Assembly: GCA_044226015.1 (NCBI GenBank) | Contig: JBGAHS010000009.1 | Coordinates: 320,001 to 384,000, forward strand | Direction of reading: 5' to 3' | Length of the DNA stretch: 64,000 nt | Origin: Candidatus Obscuribacteraceae bacterium | GTDB taxonomy: Bacteria; Cyanobacteriota; Vampirovibrionia; Obscuribacterales; Obscuribacteraceae | In this document: positions 10,058 to 19,312 of the stretch, piece after piece | Position numbering within the stretch: the stretch's first letter is position 1 | Layout of the letters: every line of letters starts with the position of its first letter | Made by a program: the position numbers and the translations under genes | Notes under the pieces: model-generated | Database searches by the model: none | What the model was told of the DNA's origin: nothing | What the model saw: only the letters and a program-made list of their open reading frames with translations

Positions 10058-11458
10058 GTGGAGCCAACGGATCCATCACTTTACGCAGCAGTAGATCCAG
10101 ACTCGGAAGAAGTATCGAGGATGCTGGAATCTCTGGCTTCTGCTTCAGCGGAGCTGCAATATCTCGTTCAGAGATTGACAGACCAGCTGACACGTCTTGG
10201 CGCCCGTCTGAGAAAAACCCTTTTGAATGAAATCCGCATATCGCGCCAGCGCGTTGATATGTTTTTGAGTTCGTACCTGACTTCTGCCAGCCGTGATAAA
10301 GAAGAGCTTCTGACCCAATTGTCGCAGTTCAGGCAATCTGAAATTCGTTCGATAATGGAAGTCGGCAAAAGTATTCGGCAGCAGACTAAAGAACAATGCG
10401 ACAGAATGTTCAAGGATTACTCTGCTCGAATTCGCGCAGAGCTTGATGAAATTCGTGCCACCATATCTGCCGCCAATCTTGAAGCAGATGTACGCGGAGA
10501 TCAGGTGCGTGTTCAGGCTCTTTCCAAAGAATGCATCGAGCGCGTTAACGAGCTGCTAAATAGTTTCTCTAAACGCTTACCAGACCTGGCTCGCGAAAAA
10601 ATGTCGGTTATCGAAGTTGACATTATTCAGGCACAGGCAATTGTAGAAGATGTGCTGGAAGAGCAACTGACCAAACTGAGAGACGAACTCGATAACATTT
10701 CGACTCAGTCAGCTTCGCAGCTAGAGCAATGCAATTCTTCTCAGCAACTAAAATTTGCTGGTACTTTGAAGCTTCTCGACCATATCGAGAAAAACCTTCC
10801 GCAGCGATTTTTCCTGCACTGGAAGGGGGAAGAAGTCAACTCATACTTTGAAGAAGTCTCGAGTTCGTTTGAAAATTCCATCAATTCTGTTGCCGACCTT
10901 CAGTCGGGTTCGTTCCAGGCCAGATTGCGGAACGTAGCTTTGCAATCAAAGATGGACATTCTCAACAATTCCTGCAACACCGGCGAAGAAATGCGTGCCC
11001 TGCAACAAGAGTTTATCGCCTGGATGTCTGAGCAGCAGAGAAACTGCTGGATGCGTTGCGACTCCCTCTTGCACAAACTTGAACAAGCTATTGAACTTCA
11101 AGTTGAGGCAGACAGTGGAATTTCCGAAAGAGTCAAGATGGCACTGCGTACGGTGGCGCAAGAGTTTAGAGGCAAGACTTTGCAGAAAGCAAATCAAGTC
11201 GAGCTTTATTTTGAGCGTGCAATTGACACCATGATCAAAAACGTGGAAAGCCTGGGTGAAGATTCCTGTGAAGCGCTCGACCATGAGTATGCACAGGCTC
11301 GACGTGACTACGGGCTCATCTATGAAGATATTGAAAAACAACTTGCTGAATTACAGAAAGAGACAATGAAGATCGAGAAAGCTGGTCTCGGCGTTTCGCG
11401 TATCGTCGCCGCCTACAAAAAATCGAACATCACCTTCCAACCGGAGATGCCAGAATGA
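10058..11458 (+). CDS. Long alpha-helical/coiled-coil hypothetical protein
   Basis: 466 aa, E/Q/L/R-rich, few Pro/Gly; stop overlaps next start (ATGA). Confidence 0.75.
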   Translation: MEPTDPSLYAAVDPDSEEVSRMLESLASASAELQYLVQRLTDQLTRLGARLRKTLLNEIRISRQRVDMFLSSYLTSASRDKEELLTQLSQFRQSEIRSIMEVGKSIRQQTKEQCDRMFKDYSARIRAELDEIRATISAANLEADVRGDQVRVQALSKECIERVNELLNSFSKRLPDLAREKMSVIEVDIIQAQAIVEDVLEEQLTKLRDELDNISTQSASQLEQCNSSQQLKFAGTLKLLDHIEKNLPQRFFLHWKGEEVNSYFEEVSSSFENSINSVADLQSGSFQARLRNVALQSKMDILNNSCNTGEEMRALQQEFIAWMSEQQRNCWMRCDSLLHKLEQAIELQVEADSGISERVKMALRTVAQEFRGKTLQKANQVELYFERAIDTMIKNVESLGEDSCEALDHEYAQARRDYGLIYEDIEKQLAELQKETMKIEKAGLGVSRIVAAYKKSNITFQPEMPE

Positions 11459-12768
11459 CGAACGATTCAACACCAAGCCTTCAAGAGATTTATCTGGCAG
11501 CTTGTCGGTCGTTTGATGACCAGACCAACAAGCTTCTACAGGGCTTCAATTCTGCTGTCGACTCCGCCTTGATGGGGTACTCAGAGCAGCAAGCGGAAGC
11601 AATGCAACGTTCTTCCAGTGCTACCTCTTCGCAAGAACGCGAGGTCATGCAAGCTTTAAAAGAGTCACTCGAGGCAGTTACTCAATCTGTAGATCAGACT
11701 ATAGGTGAAAATGACAAGTTTCTGGCTCATGTTCAAGATGAGTTGCTGATAAATTGCCGCAGTCTGCAACAAGAAATTACGGACCTCACAGATGCTCTGC
11801 TTCGCTCGCATAATATCAACTCAAAAGTTTTGCTTGCAAAGTTGAGTGGTCAGTGTGACAAATCTGTTGATGGGGTCCAACAGTCAGCTAACAAATCGAA
11901 GCATTCGTTGCGCGAGCAGGCACATTCTGTCAACACGCAGTTTGGCGAAGGACTCGTAGAAAAGCAGGGACGACAGTTTTCCGATTTGATGGCATACGAA
12001 AACCAGGCAAGAAAAGAAATTCCAGATATGCTTGGTGCAATCATTGCACGAAACAGATTGCATGAACCAAAGCTTTCAATGCTTAACAGGCAACATAACG
12101 ATCAGATTGATGCTCGAATTGATCAACTCAAGTTGAGAATATCGGAAGTCTCAGATGGCGAAATGTCCAGAATCATCACTGCTGCCTCTGCCACTGAACA
12201 AAAACTACGCAGAACTTACGAAGATACTAAAGTCAAACTTCTGAGCACAAATGAAAATCTCACACGAGATTTCCATATTGAAGTAGAAGAGGCAAGCAAT
12301 ACTAGCAGAACCGATATGGCTGAGTTGCTTAGTGTTCTGCGCGGTGAAATGCTTGATACGCTCAACTCCGCGACGAGCACTGAAATTGATCGCGCGCAGG
12401 GCAATCTTGATCGTGCCCGACAACTTTCTGAAGAACTTCAAAATCTAATTGAAGACCAGCGTTTAATCGCTGCTCAAAAATCTACTGTAATTGCACAAAT
12501 TATGGATGAGATGAAAGAGGTTGAAACCAATTTTCAAAACAAAGTAGAGAAGATGTCAGCTGCCCAGCTTGACCGTCTCTCCAGGACTTTTAATGTATCA
12601 CTCACAGATATAACCAACACTAGAAAGAGCGTGTCAGAAAAAATCCAGGGCCTTTGCGACATGTATGTCAAACAGGTTGAGGAAGAGGAAGAAAGAATCC
12701 TTCGAATAATCGAACGAAGATTGGAAAAAGCGCTTGGTTTCATCGAACAAGCGGTTAAAGAGGAATAA
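11455..12768 (+). CDS. Long alpha-helical/coiled-coil hypothetical protein
   Basis: 437 aa helical composition; translationally coupled to the upstream gene. Confidence 0.78.
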   Translation: MTNDSTPSLQEIYLAACRSFDDQTNKLLQGFNSAVDSALMGYSEQQAEAMQRSSSATSSQEREVMQALKESLEAVTQSVDQTIGENDKFLAHVQDELLINCRSLQQEITDLTDALLRSHNINSKVLLAKLSGQCDKSVDGVQQSANKSKHSLREQAHSVNTQFGEGLVEKQGRQFSDLMAYENQARKEIPDMLGAIIARNRLHEPKLSMLNRQHNDQIDARIDQLKLRISEVSDGEMSRIITAASATEQKLRRTYEDTKVKLLSTNENLTRDFHIEVEEASNTSRTDMAELLSVLRGEMLDTLNSATSTEIDRAQGNLDRARQLSEELQNLIEDQRLIAAQKSTVIAQIMDEMKEVETNFQNKVEKMSAAQLDRLSRTFNVSLTDITNTRKSVSEKIQGLCDMYVKQVEEEEERILRIIERRLEKALGFIEQAVKEE

Positions 12769-12771
12769 AAA

Positions 12772-15009
12772 ATGACTACTTCTTTCAGGGCAAAATTCCC
12801 GGCATCAGCCATCAAGAACCTTCGAGTTTTCATGGGACAGGGTGCTAATCCCATCGAATGGGCAAAGCGGGAGAGCGGCGAACTCAAAGTCGGCGACATC
12901 GTTGTTTGCTTCAACCCTGCAAATTTGACTAGCACAGACGGAACTGAGCTTGATGCTTCGGCGCTTATTCTGGTATTCAACACGACGAATCAATCTTCGC
13001 CGATGGGCATTCTTTTGACAGATGATTTCTACGTCATCGGCACCACCGAAACCATTTTTAGGGAGAGAGCTGTTGCTGCCACCGCCCGCGGTAACCATTT
13101 CTCTTTCGTTACTATTCCTTTTACAGGCGCTATGAACGAAGACGCCAAGGCATTTGTGCGTGATATGCAGCGTTGGGGTAGCGGTGGTAATCGTGCTAAC
13201 CCGATGAATAACCTGCCAGACCCGCTAGTCGCATTCTTTGCTTGCGTGGGCTCACCTCTTCCTGCCTCTCCTGTTCTTCCCGTGACCACAATGTCCCAGG
13301 CTTTAATTCGACGCTTTTATAGTCCTGAAATATCAGACCTCAGTGGCAAGTATGCACCCGTGATGGCCGCCGACCAGGCTCAAGACAATTCCTCCATTGC
13401 ATCGGTCACCGTACTTGAAACGGCTGCCAACGAAAGCAAGCCACCATCTGATAGCAAATCTAGTGTAGAGCCTGTTCAAAAAGCAGGTTCGAAGCCCGTT
13501 CTGCCAGAGAAAGGAAGCAAGCCCGAGTCGACCCCTTCTGCTGAAAAAGGGGAGAGTGCAGATACTGCCCCAGCCGAACCGACAGAAACTGGATTTTTGT
13601 CCATAAGAAAGCGTCTTGAAGCAAGACTCTCAGGTAAATTGCCAAAGGGACTTGCAACTCCTGCACAGGGCGACACACCTGCAAGGGTTGAGCCAGTATC
13701 ACCCGTGGTGAAGCTCGTTTCAAATATTCGCCAGCAAATGTCTATCGCTAGCGATAATCTCGAATATCGAGTCAGCACGTTAAAGTCAAAAATGCTCGAT
13801 AGACTTGTTTCTTGCAAGCATAATTTGAGCGAAAAGGAACAGTCTAGCCTGAAAGCTCTCGAAGACCTTCGTGCGCAAATGCAAATGAAGTTGGAAGGAG
13901 TTGCAAATCAAGCTAAGGAAGAACTTTCCAGATGCGCATCGAGGGGAACTGCTCAAGTTCGAGGATTCCAATCTGTCGCCACCGGAAAACTGGCTGATGT
14001 TCTTGCAGAGCAAGAGCAACTAATTGCCGTAAAAACTGAAGAGGCTAAGCGCAAAGTTAACGAGTCTCTGTCAGCAACAAAAGACGAACTCAACAAAACT
14101 GTTAGCCGAGCGCAGCACACACTTCGTGGAGCTGTCACCACTACTGAAGTCAATTTGAATCAAGTCATCAATGCCTGTGCCGAAGGCATGGAAGAACGTA
14201 TTGAGGGCTTCCGTGCACAAACAAATATATTGGCAGAAGGAATTGGGCTCTCGGTAGAGTCTCTTGGCGAAGCAGCGAAATTGCAGGCTCAACAATCTGA
14301 GGAAGAGGTAATTAAGCGCCTTGAGTTGCTATCTGATGAGTCGTTGAAATCACTCAGAGAGCAGTCTGTAAGAGCAGAAATGGAATGCTCCAAACTAATT
14401 GACAAACTTTCGCGCGACAAACTTGTGCCAACTCTGCAGGACAAGAGAAGAATCGTTGTGGAATTATCTGCATTCTTCCAGGATGAATTTTCCGGAGTGA
14501 TGCAAGAGTTGATTGAAAATCGACTTGCTGAATTTGAACCGATTGTACGCTCAAATACCGATGCTTGCGCGACAGCTTTGCAAGATTTCAAATCTCGTTG
14601 GACAAGTAATCTTGAGCAACATCAGAAAGACCTTGATGAAATGGAAACGAAGCTAAAGGACAAAGTTGAAGAATATTTGTCCGGAGCTAAATCTCGAATT
14701 GACAGTATGCATGACATAACTCGTGTAACTGATCATGTGTTGACCAGTCCAGAACTTCTTCGCACCAGAGATGAAACCTGCTTGAAGTTCGACATTATTG
14801 CAAGAGAGCATGTGTCTCGCGCTTACTCGCAGACAGGTGACAAAATTCAGCTATTCAAACAAGAATCACTGGATGAGTTGACTGAATTAAGAGAAAACGG
14901 CGAAACTGTCTTGAAAAATCGTGGTGAAGAGTCGCGTACGAAAATCCGAACAGCGATAAAAAATGCTATGCAACGAATTCAGGACCTTCAGACTCAACAC
15001 ACAGCCTGA
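12772..15009 (+). CDS. Hypothetical protein: N-terminal alpha/beta domain, P/S/K/E-rich linker, long C-terminal coiled coil
   Basis: 745 aa; GAGG RBS; starts 3 nt after upstream stop. Confidence 0.8.
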   Translation: MTTSFRAKFPASAIKNLRVFMGQGANPIEWAKRESGELKVGDIVVCFNPANLTSTDGTELDASALILVFNTTNQSSPMGILLTDDFYVIGTTETIFRERAVAATARGNHFSFVTIPFTGAMNEDAKAFVRDMQRWGSGGNRANPMNNLPDPLVAFFACVGSPLPASPVLPVTTMSQALIRRFYSPEISDLSGKYAPVMAADQAQDNSSIASVTVLETAANESKPPSDSKSSVEPVQKAGSKPVLPEKGSKPESTPSAEKGESADTAPAEPTETGFLSIRKRLEARLSGKLPKGLATPAQGDTPARVEPVSPVVKLVSNIRQQMSIASDNLEYRVSTLKSKMLDRLVSCKHNLSEKEQSSLKALEDLRAQMQMKLEGVANQAKEELSRCASRGTAQVRGFQSVATGKLADVLAEQEQLIAVKTEEAKRKVNESLSATKDELNKTVSRAQHTLRGAVTTTEVNLNQVINACAEGMEERIEGFRAQTNILAEGIGLSVESLGEAAKLQAQQSEEEVIKRLELLSDESLKSLREQSVRAEMECSKLIDKLSRDKLVPTLQDKRRIVVELSAFFQDEFSGVMQELIENRLAEFEPIVRSNTDACATALQDFKSRWTSNLEQHQKDLDEMETKLKDKVEEYLSGAKSRIDSMHDITRVTDHVLTSPELLRTRDETCLKFDIIAREHVSRAYSQTGDKIQLFKQESLDELTELRENGETVLKNRGEESRTKIRTAIKNAMQRIQDLQTQHTA

Positions 15010-15067
15010 TGATTGCTTATAATTTTTTGCACGCTTGCTGCGATTTCGTTGTGCTAAACTCTGCTCA

Positions 15068-16423
15068 ATGCAATCTATAGAAGAATCATCGTTCTGGCTC
15101 GCGACTCGCTCAAAAGGAGCGGAGACGCAGACTTTGGAACACGACTTGAACACCGAAATCGCCGTTATTGGTGGTGGTTTTACTGGACTCTGGACTGCTT
15201 ATTATTTGAAGCAGCTAAATCCTGATTGTGACGTCGTTCTACTCGAACAGGGGGTTTTGGGCTATGGAGGCAGCGGTCGAAATGCTGGAATGATAAGTTC
15301 TTGCCTCGACCATACTCATTCTCTAGCAATTCAGCATTTCGGACGAGAAGAGGCTACAAAACTCGCTGAGATTGGCAGGCGTAATATTGACGAACTAGCT
15401 CAGTTTGCCTCTGATTGCGACTTCGAGCGCACTGGTCAGTTATTTGTGGCCCTGACTGAATCACATCTAGAGTTCTGTCAGATGCAAGTTGATGTGGCCC
15501 AGGAGTTGAGTATTCCTGGTGTGAAACTACTTTCTCAAGATGAAACTTATGCAGAGCTTCACTCACCGCTTTATAAAGGATCTTGTTATGTTGCTGGTAG
15601 TGGCATTCTAAATCCAGTAAAACTGCTCGATAAGATAAAAAAACATGCTCAAGATAAGGGTGTCCGTTTCTTCGAACGGACAAAAGTTTCCAATATTCGC
15701 GGAGGCATAGTCCAGACCACTAAGGCTAAAGTGCGGGCAAAGAAAATAGTTCTTGCTACTGACTCCTATTCACATCATTTTTTTCCCGCCCTGCTGCAGT
15801 TTTACATTCCCTTATATGACTATATTCTGGTCAGTGAGCCGCTCAGCGAAAATCAAATGCAGGCAATTGGTTGGGCTAACAGGCAAGGCGTGATTGATTG
15901 TAGATCGTTCTTTAATTATTACCGCCTGACGAGCGATAACAGAATACTCTGGGGCACCAGTGAGGCCAAATATTTCGGAAACAACAAAGTTGACGAAAGC
16001 TGCGACCACTCTGAGTCGCATTATCAAAACCTGTCTGAGAGTTTCGTCAAACATTTTCCTCAGCTGAAAGACCTGAAGTTCGAATATCGCTGGGGCGGTC
16101 CGATAGCATCGACTACCCGGCTTACTCCATTTTTCGGAACTCTTGAAGGAGGCAGTGTTGTCTATGCTCTGGGATATACAGGTCATGGAATTCTGAGTAC
16201 TAGAGTTGCAGGAAAAATTCTCGCGAATATGGCCTTGAGTAAGAACGATGATCTGCTCTCGCTCTCTATGGTGCAACATAAACCCTTTCCTTACCCGCCC
16301 GAACCGTTCAGGACTCTTTCAGTAAATATGGTTAGCTCATCTTTGCGGGAAGTTGATGAGGGCAAGACACCAAATTTGTTGCTGAAGCTTCTTGATACTT
16401 TTGGAATCGGCTTCTCGAGCTGA
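15068..16423 (+). CDS. FAD-dependent oxidoreductase (DAO/PuuB-like amine oxidase family)
   Basis: IGGGFTGL, GGSGRNAG, GYTGHG; SFW motif near the start. Confidence 0.88.
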   Translation: MQSIEESSFWLATRSKGAETQTLEHDLNTEIAVIGGGFTGLWTAYYLKQLNPDCDVVLLEQGVLGYGGSGRNAGMISSCLDHTHSLAIQHFGREEATKLAEIGRRNIDELAQFASDCDFERTGQLFVALTESHLEFCQMQVDVAQELSIPGVKLLSQDETYAELHSPLYKGSCYVAGSGILNPVKLLDKIKKHAQDKGVRFFERTKVSNIRGGIVQTTKAKVRAKKIVLATDSYSHHFFPALLQFYIPLYDYILVSEPLSENQMQAIGWANRQGVIDCRSFFNYYRLTSDNRILWGTSEAKYFGNNKVDESCDHSESHYQNLSESFVKHFPQLKDLKFEYRWGGPIASTTRLTPFFGTLEGGSVVYALGYTGHGILSTRVAGKILANMALSKNDDLLSLSMVQHKPFPYPPEPFRTLSVNMVSSSLREVDEGKTPNLLLKLLDTFGIGFSS

Positions 16424-16860
16424 AGTTCAATTTGCATTGAAATTCCTTTTTCTGATTTTCATATTTCACATCTTCTTTACCTGTCGACAATATTATAAAA
16501 GCACGCAAACGATTGCGAGCCTCTTTCTAATCCAACCAAAACCCCGAGACGCCCTGCCCACACAGGGCGTCTCGCATTGTAGAATTCGCTTGTTCGACTG
16601 CATAAATGCGCAATATTTTTGCTTGTCGATACATACAAATCGTCACTGCTCGGCATTAGGATATTAATACAAACGAACCCAAGCCTTTACCCTTTTGAAG
16701 ACCTCGCTTAACCGCGAGGTCTTCAATTTTGTGCAATCTATTTGCTGATTTGTTTCACGACTTCTTTACCGATGCTGAGTATATTGATTGCATGCGAGTG
16801 AGGCGGTTAGCTCACAATAACAGTTTCTGACTCGCAACGAATTTGAAGGGCTGGTAATTT

Positions 16861-16900
16861 AAACGCTCTGGTGGGCAGACCAGAGCGTTTTTCTTTTTTT
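16861..16900 (+). terminator. Intrinsic terminator with U-tract on the + strand
   Basis: AAACGCTCTGG-N8-CCAGAGCGTTT followed by TTCTTTTTTT. Confidence 0.75.
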
Positions 16901-16911
16901 GTTATTTGTAC

Positions 16912-17805
16912 TTAGCTATTTCTCAGTTTGAATGTCTTCAACATGCCTTCAACTGATGGATATATTGATTTGTCGCGTTCGGGATAGATGGTGCTAACGA
17001 TGAAGAAACATCTGTTGCCTGCCATAAACACCCAATGTCTCCAGTGCACATCTTTGTTGTTTTTGTCTTTTACGATTGATTCAAAGAAGACTGCGTCATA
17101 TTCGCCTACCGTACTTTTCTTTAGATCGCCTGGCTTCGCTTTCTTTTGCACTCGTCGAGCCCATTCAGAAGCAACTTGCTGAGGAACTTCCTTTAGTAAT
17201 TCCTGCTCGTTGCTTTTGTTGATTGAAGTGAAATTGCCGAGGTCGTAAATGTCCATGCCCGTTGATTCGCCAGGAGGAGTGCAAAGTACCCAGTTGCCGT
17301 TATCTTTCGTTGACCAGCCTTTTTCGAGGTTCAGTTCATAGGGTTTGCGTTTTCCACCTTCTTTAAATTCAAAAACTATCGGATGGTTAGACTTTGATTC
17401 GTTAGTTTCCGATTTCGCGGCGTTGTAATTCCATTGGGAATGAGTTTGCAGTGCGATTGCATCTAGGAATTGGCGAAGAGTAGGCTTATAAAAGGATGGA
17501 AATTGCGATATCAAAACGGTTTTTGAAATCTTGTCTGAATTCGTTTGAATTGATATAGAGCGCCGTTCACCCTGTTGGTTTGATTTCAGTTGTGCGTTTT
17601 GCAGTTGCGCGAACGGCACACCCATACCACCAGCCATTCTTTGTTCGAGTATTGTGTTGAGCTGTTCGTCACCAGATTTGGTGTCATTGTTTATTGCTGC
17701 CCTTGGCTTTGCCATGTCGGAGTCGGCGTCGGATGCGGCAAATGTTAGAGCAGCGCTTTGAAAAAATGTGAGTGCTGCTAAAAGGGTTAGTCTGGATTTG
17801 TTCAT
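16912..17805 (-). CDS. Secreted hypothetical protein, possible PsbP/Mog1-like C-terminal domain
   Basis: AAGGA RBS, signal peptide (ALTFA-AS); fold guess from the C-terminal beta-beta-helix pattern only. Confidence 0.7.
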   Translation of the reverse strand: MNKSRLTLLAALTFFQSAALTFAASDADSDMAKPRAAINNDTKSGDEQLNTILEQRMAGGMGVPFAQLQNAQLKSNQQGERRSISIQTNSDKISKTVLISQFPSFYKPTLRQFLDAIALQTHSQWNYNAAKSETNESKSNHPIVFEFKEGGKRKPYELNLEKGWSTKDNGNWVLCTPPGESTGMDIYDLGNFTSINKSNEQELLKEVPQQVASEWARRVQKKAKPGDLKKSTVGEYDAVFFESIVKDKNNKDVHWRHWVFMAGNRCFFIVSTIYPERDKSIYPSVEGMLKTFKLRNS

Positions 17806-17942
17806 CTTTGCATCCTTCGGTTGGCGCCCACATTCTAGCAGCGTGTACTCTGTGGATTTGTAATTATTGTTCAGGTCTTTGGTTTTGGTTTGGTGGATAT
17901 CTTTTGTATATGTTCTGCTGCGGTCCGCGCAGAGCGCCTGTT

Positions 17943-18464
17943 GTCAGAGAAACGCGGGTGAAAGTCTGACGAAGAGGATCCATCAGTCAAAGAAATGCGG
18001 GTGAAAGTCTGACGAAGAGGATCCATCAGTCAGAGAAACGCGGGTGAAAGTCTGACGAAGAGGATCCATCAGTCAGAGAAACGCGGGTGAAAGTCTGACA
18101 GAGAGGACCCGGAAGTCAGAGAAACGCAGGTGAAAGTTTGACAGAGAGGATCCCGCAGTCAAGGAAACTTGGGTGAAAGTTTGACAGAGAGGATCCCGCA
18201 GTCAAGGAAACATGGGTGAAAGTTTGACAGAGAGGATCCCGCAGTCAAGGAAACATGGGTGAAAGTCTGACAGAGAGGATCCCGCAGTCAGAGAAACGCA
18301 GGTGAAAGTCTGACAGAGAGGAGCCGGAAGTCTGAGAAACGCAGGTGAAAGTCTGACAGAGAGGAGCCGGAAGTCAGAGAAACGCAGGTGAAAGTTTGAC
18401 AGAGAGGATCCCGCAGTCAAAGAAACATGGGTGAAAGTCTGACGCTGCTGTGAAAACTGTCAGA
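17943..18464. repeat. Non-coding tandem array of 12 x 43-bp units plus a 13th half-site
   Basis: Units start at 17943 + n x 43. Each has a 28-bp core GTCA(g/a)(a/g)GAAA-N4-GGTGAAAGT(c/t)TGAC and a 15-bp linker. GTCAGA recurs in register at 18459. Confidence 0.97.
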
Positions 18465-18633
18465 ACGGACCAAGAAGCAGAGTACGGTTTTTCTGCCCTT
18501 GACTTGCAGAAATTCTGAAGGAAAATCTGATACTGCCTATGGTATCAATATTTAATATAAATTCACTGCTCATAACTTGCATTCTCCTATACTTTACCTA
18601 ACATTGGATAGAAACATATCATCAGGTGTGCAA

Positions 18634-19311
18634 GTGAGTTCCATTGCCGCAAGATTGCGCGAGCACTTCAAGACTCTTCCAGCAAACGCATTGGTTTCAG
18701 CCTATGCATTGCGAGCCCTGGGCTCTCCCGATGCTGTTTATAAATTTCTCTCTCGAGAAACTCAAGCCAAGCGTATAGAGAGGATCAGCCTCGGTGTTTA
18801 TCGAGTGAATTTAACTGCGGCAAGACCTGTGATTTCCAATCTTTCAGTGATGTCCATCAAGTCTCTTGCTTTCAGAAAAGATGTTTTTCCAGTAGAAGGG
18901 AATGATTCGAAATTTAGGACCAACGGCTGTAAGAGCGCTCTTAAGATAGGTGGTAAATTGGTCAGATGGGTACCGGCTAGCATCAAAAAGATACGAGCCC
19001 TCTTAAAACTTCCACTTGGACCCGAGAAAAACAATCAGGTTTCCGACACGACGCGAGAACAATTATCGAAGTTTGATGGGCTCAAGGTTTCTATTTTTCC
19101 AACGGAGAATGATCGCTCAGCGATTCCAATAGCAGCAACAACTTCTCTAGAGTTGAGGTATGAAATCCAGAAATTAATACATGTTCTATGTCGGGTAACC
19201 GGAAATAACGGCTGGCGAGTTCCGCTGCAGCAGGCAAATACAGCACTGTTTTCCTTTCCTTATTTTGTTCCCCTTCCAATAGAAAGGGGGTACCTGCGTA
19301 CCCCCTTTTGA
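18634..19311 (+). CDS. AbiEi-like / DUF6088-like winged-helix protein (orphan type IV antitoxin-like)
   Basis: N-terminus LGSPDAVYKFLSRETQAKRIERISLGVY matches the AbiEi wHTH pattern; TNGCKSALKIGGKLVRWVPAS resembles the DUF6088 second region. GTG 18634 follows AGGTG; the ORF is open from 18577. Confidence 0.7.
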   Translation: MSSIAARLREHFKTLPANALVSAYALRALGSPDAVYKFLSRETQAKRIERISLGVYRVNLTAARPVISNLSVMSIKSLAFRKDVFPVEGNDSKFRTNGCKSALKIGGKLVRWVPASIKKIRALLKLPLGPEKNNQVSDTTREQLSKFDGLKVSIFPTENDRSAIPIAATTSLELRYEIQKLIHVLCRVTGNNGWRVPLQQANTALFSFPYFVPLPIERGYLRTPF

Positions 19312-19312
19312 A

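Noticed and set aside
17966..18100. Hammerhead ribozyme (CTGACGA...GAAA...GTC in units 1-3)
   Set aside because: Stems II and III cannot be formed, and most other units read (C/T)TGACAGA, breaking the CUGANGA core.
17772..18420. ORFs 17772-17969 (+) and 18202-18420 (-) over the array
   Set aside because: The 43-bp period is not a multiple of 3 and stops are frequent; these are repeat read-throughs.
17943..18443. CRISPR array interpretation (28-bp palindromic core + 15-bp linker)
   Set aside because: Linkers are too short, nearly identical and repeated; the cores vary; no cas genes in the window.
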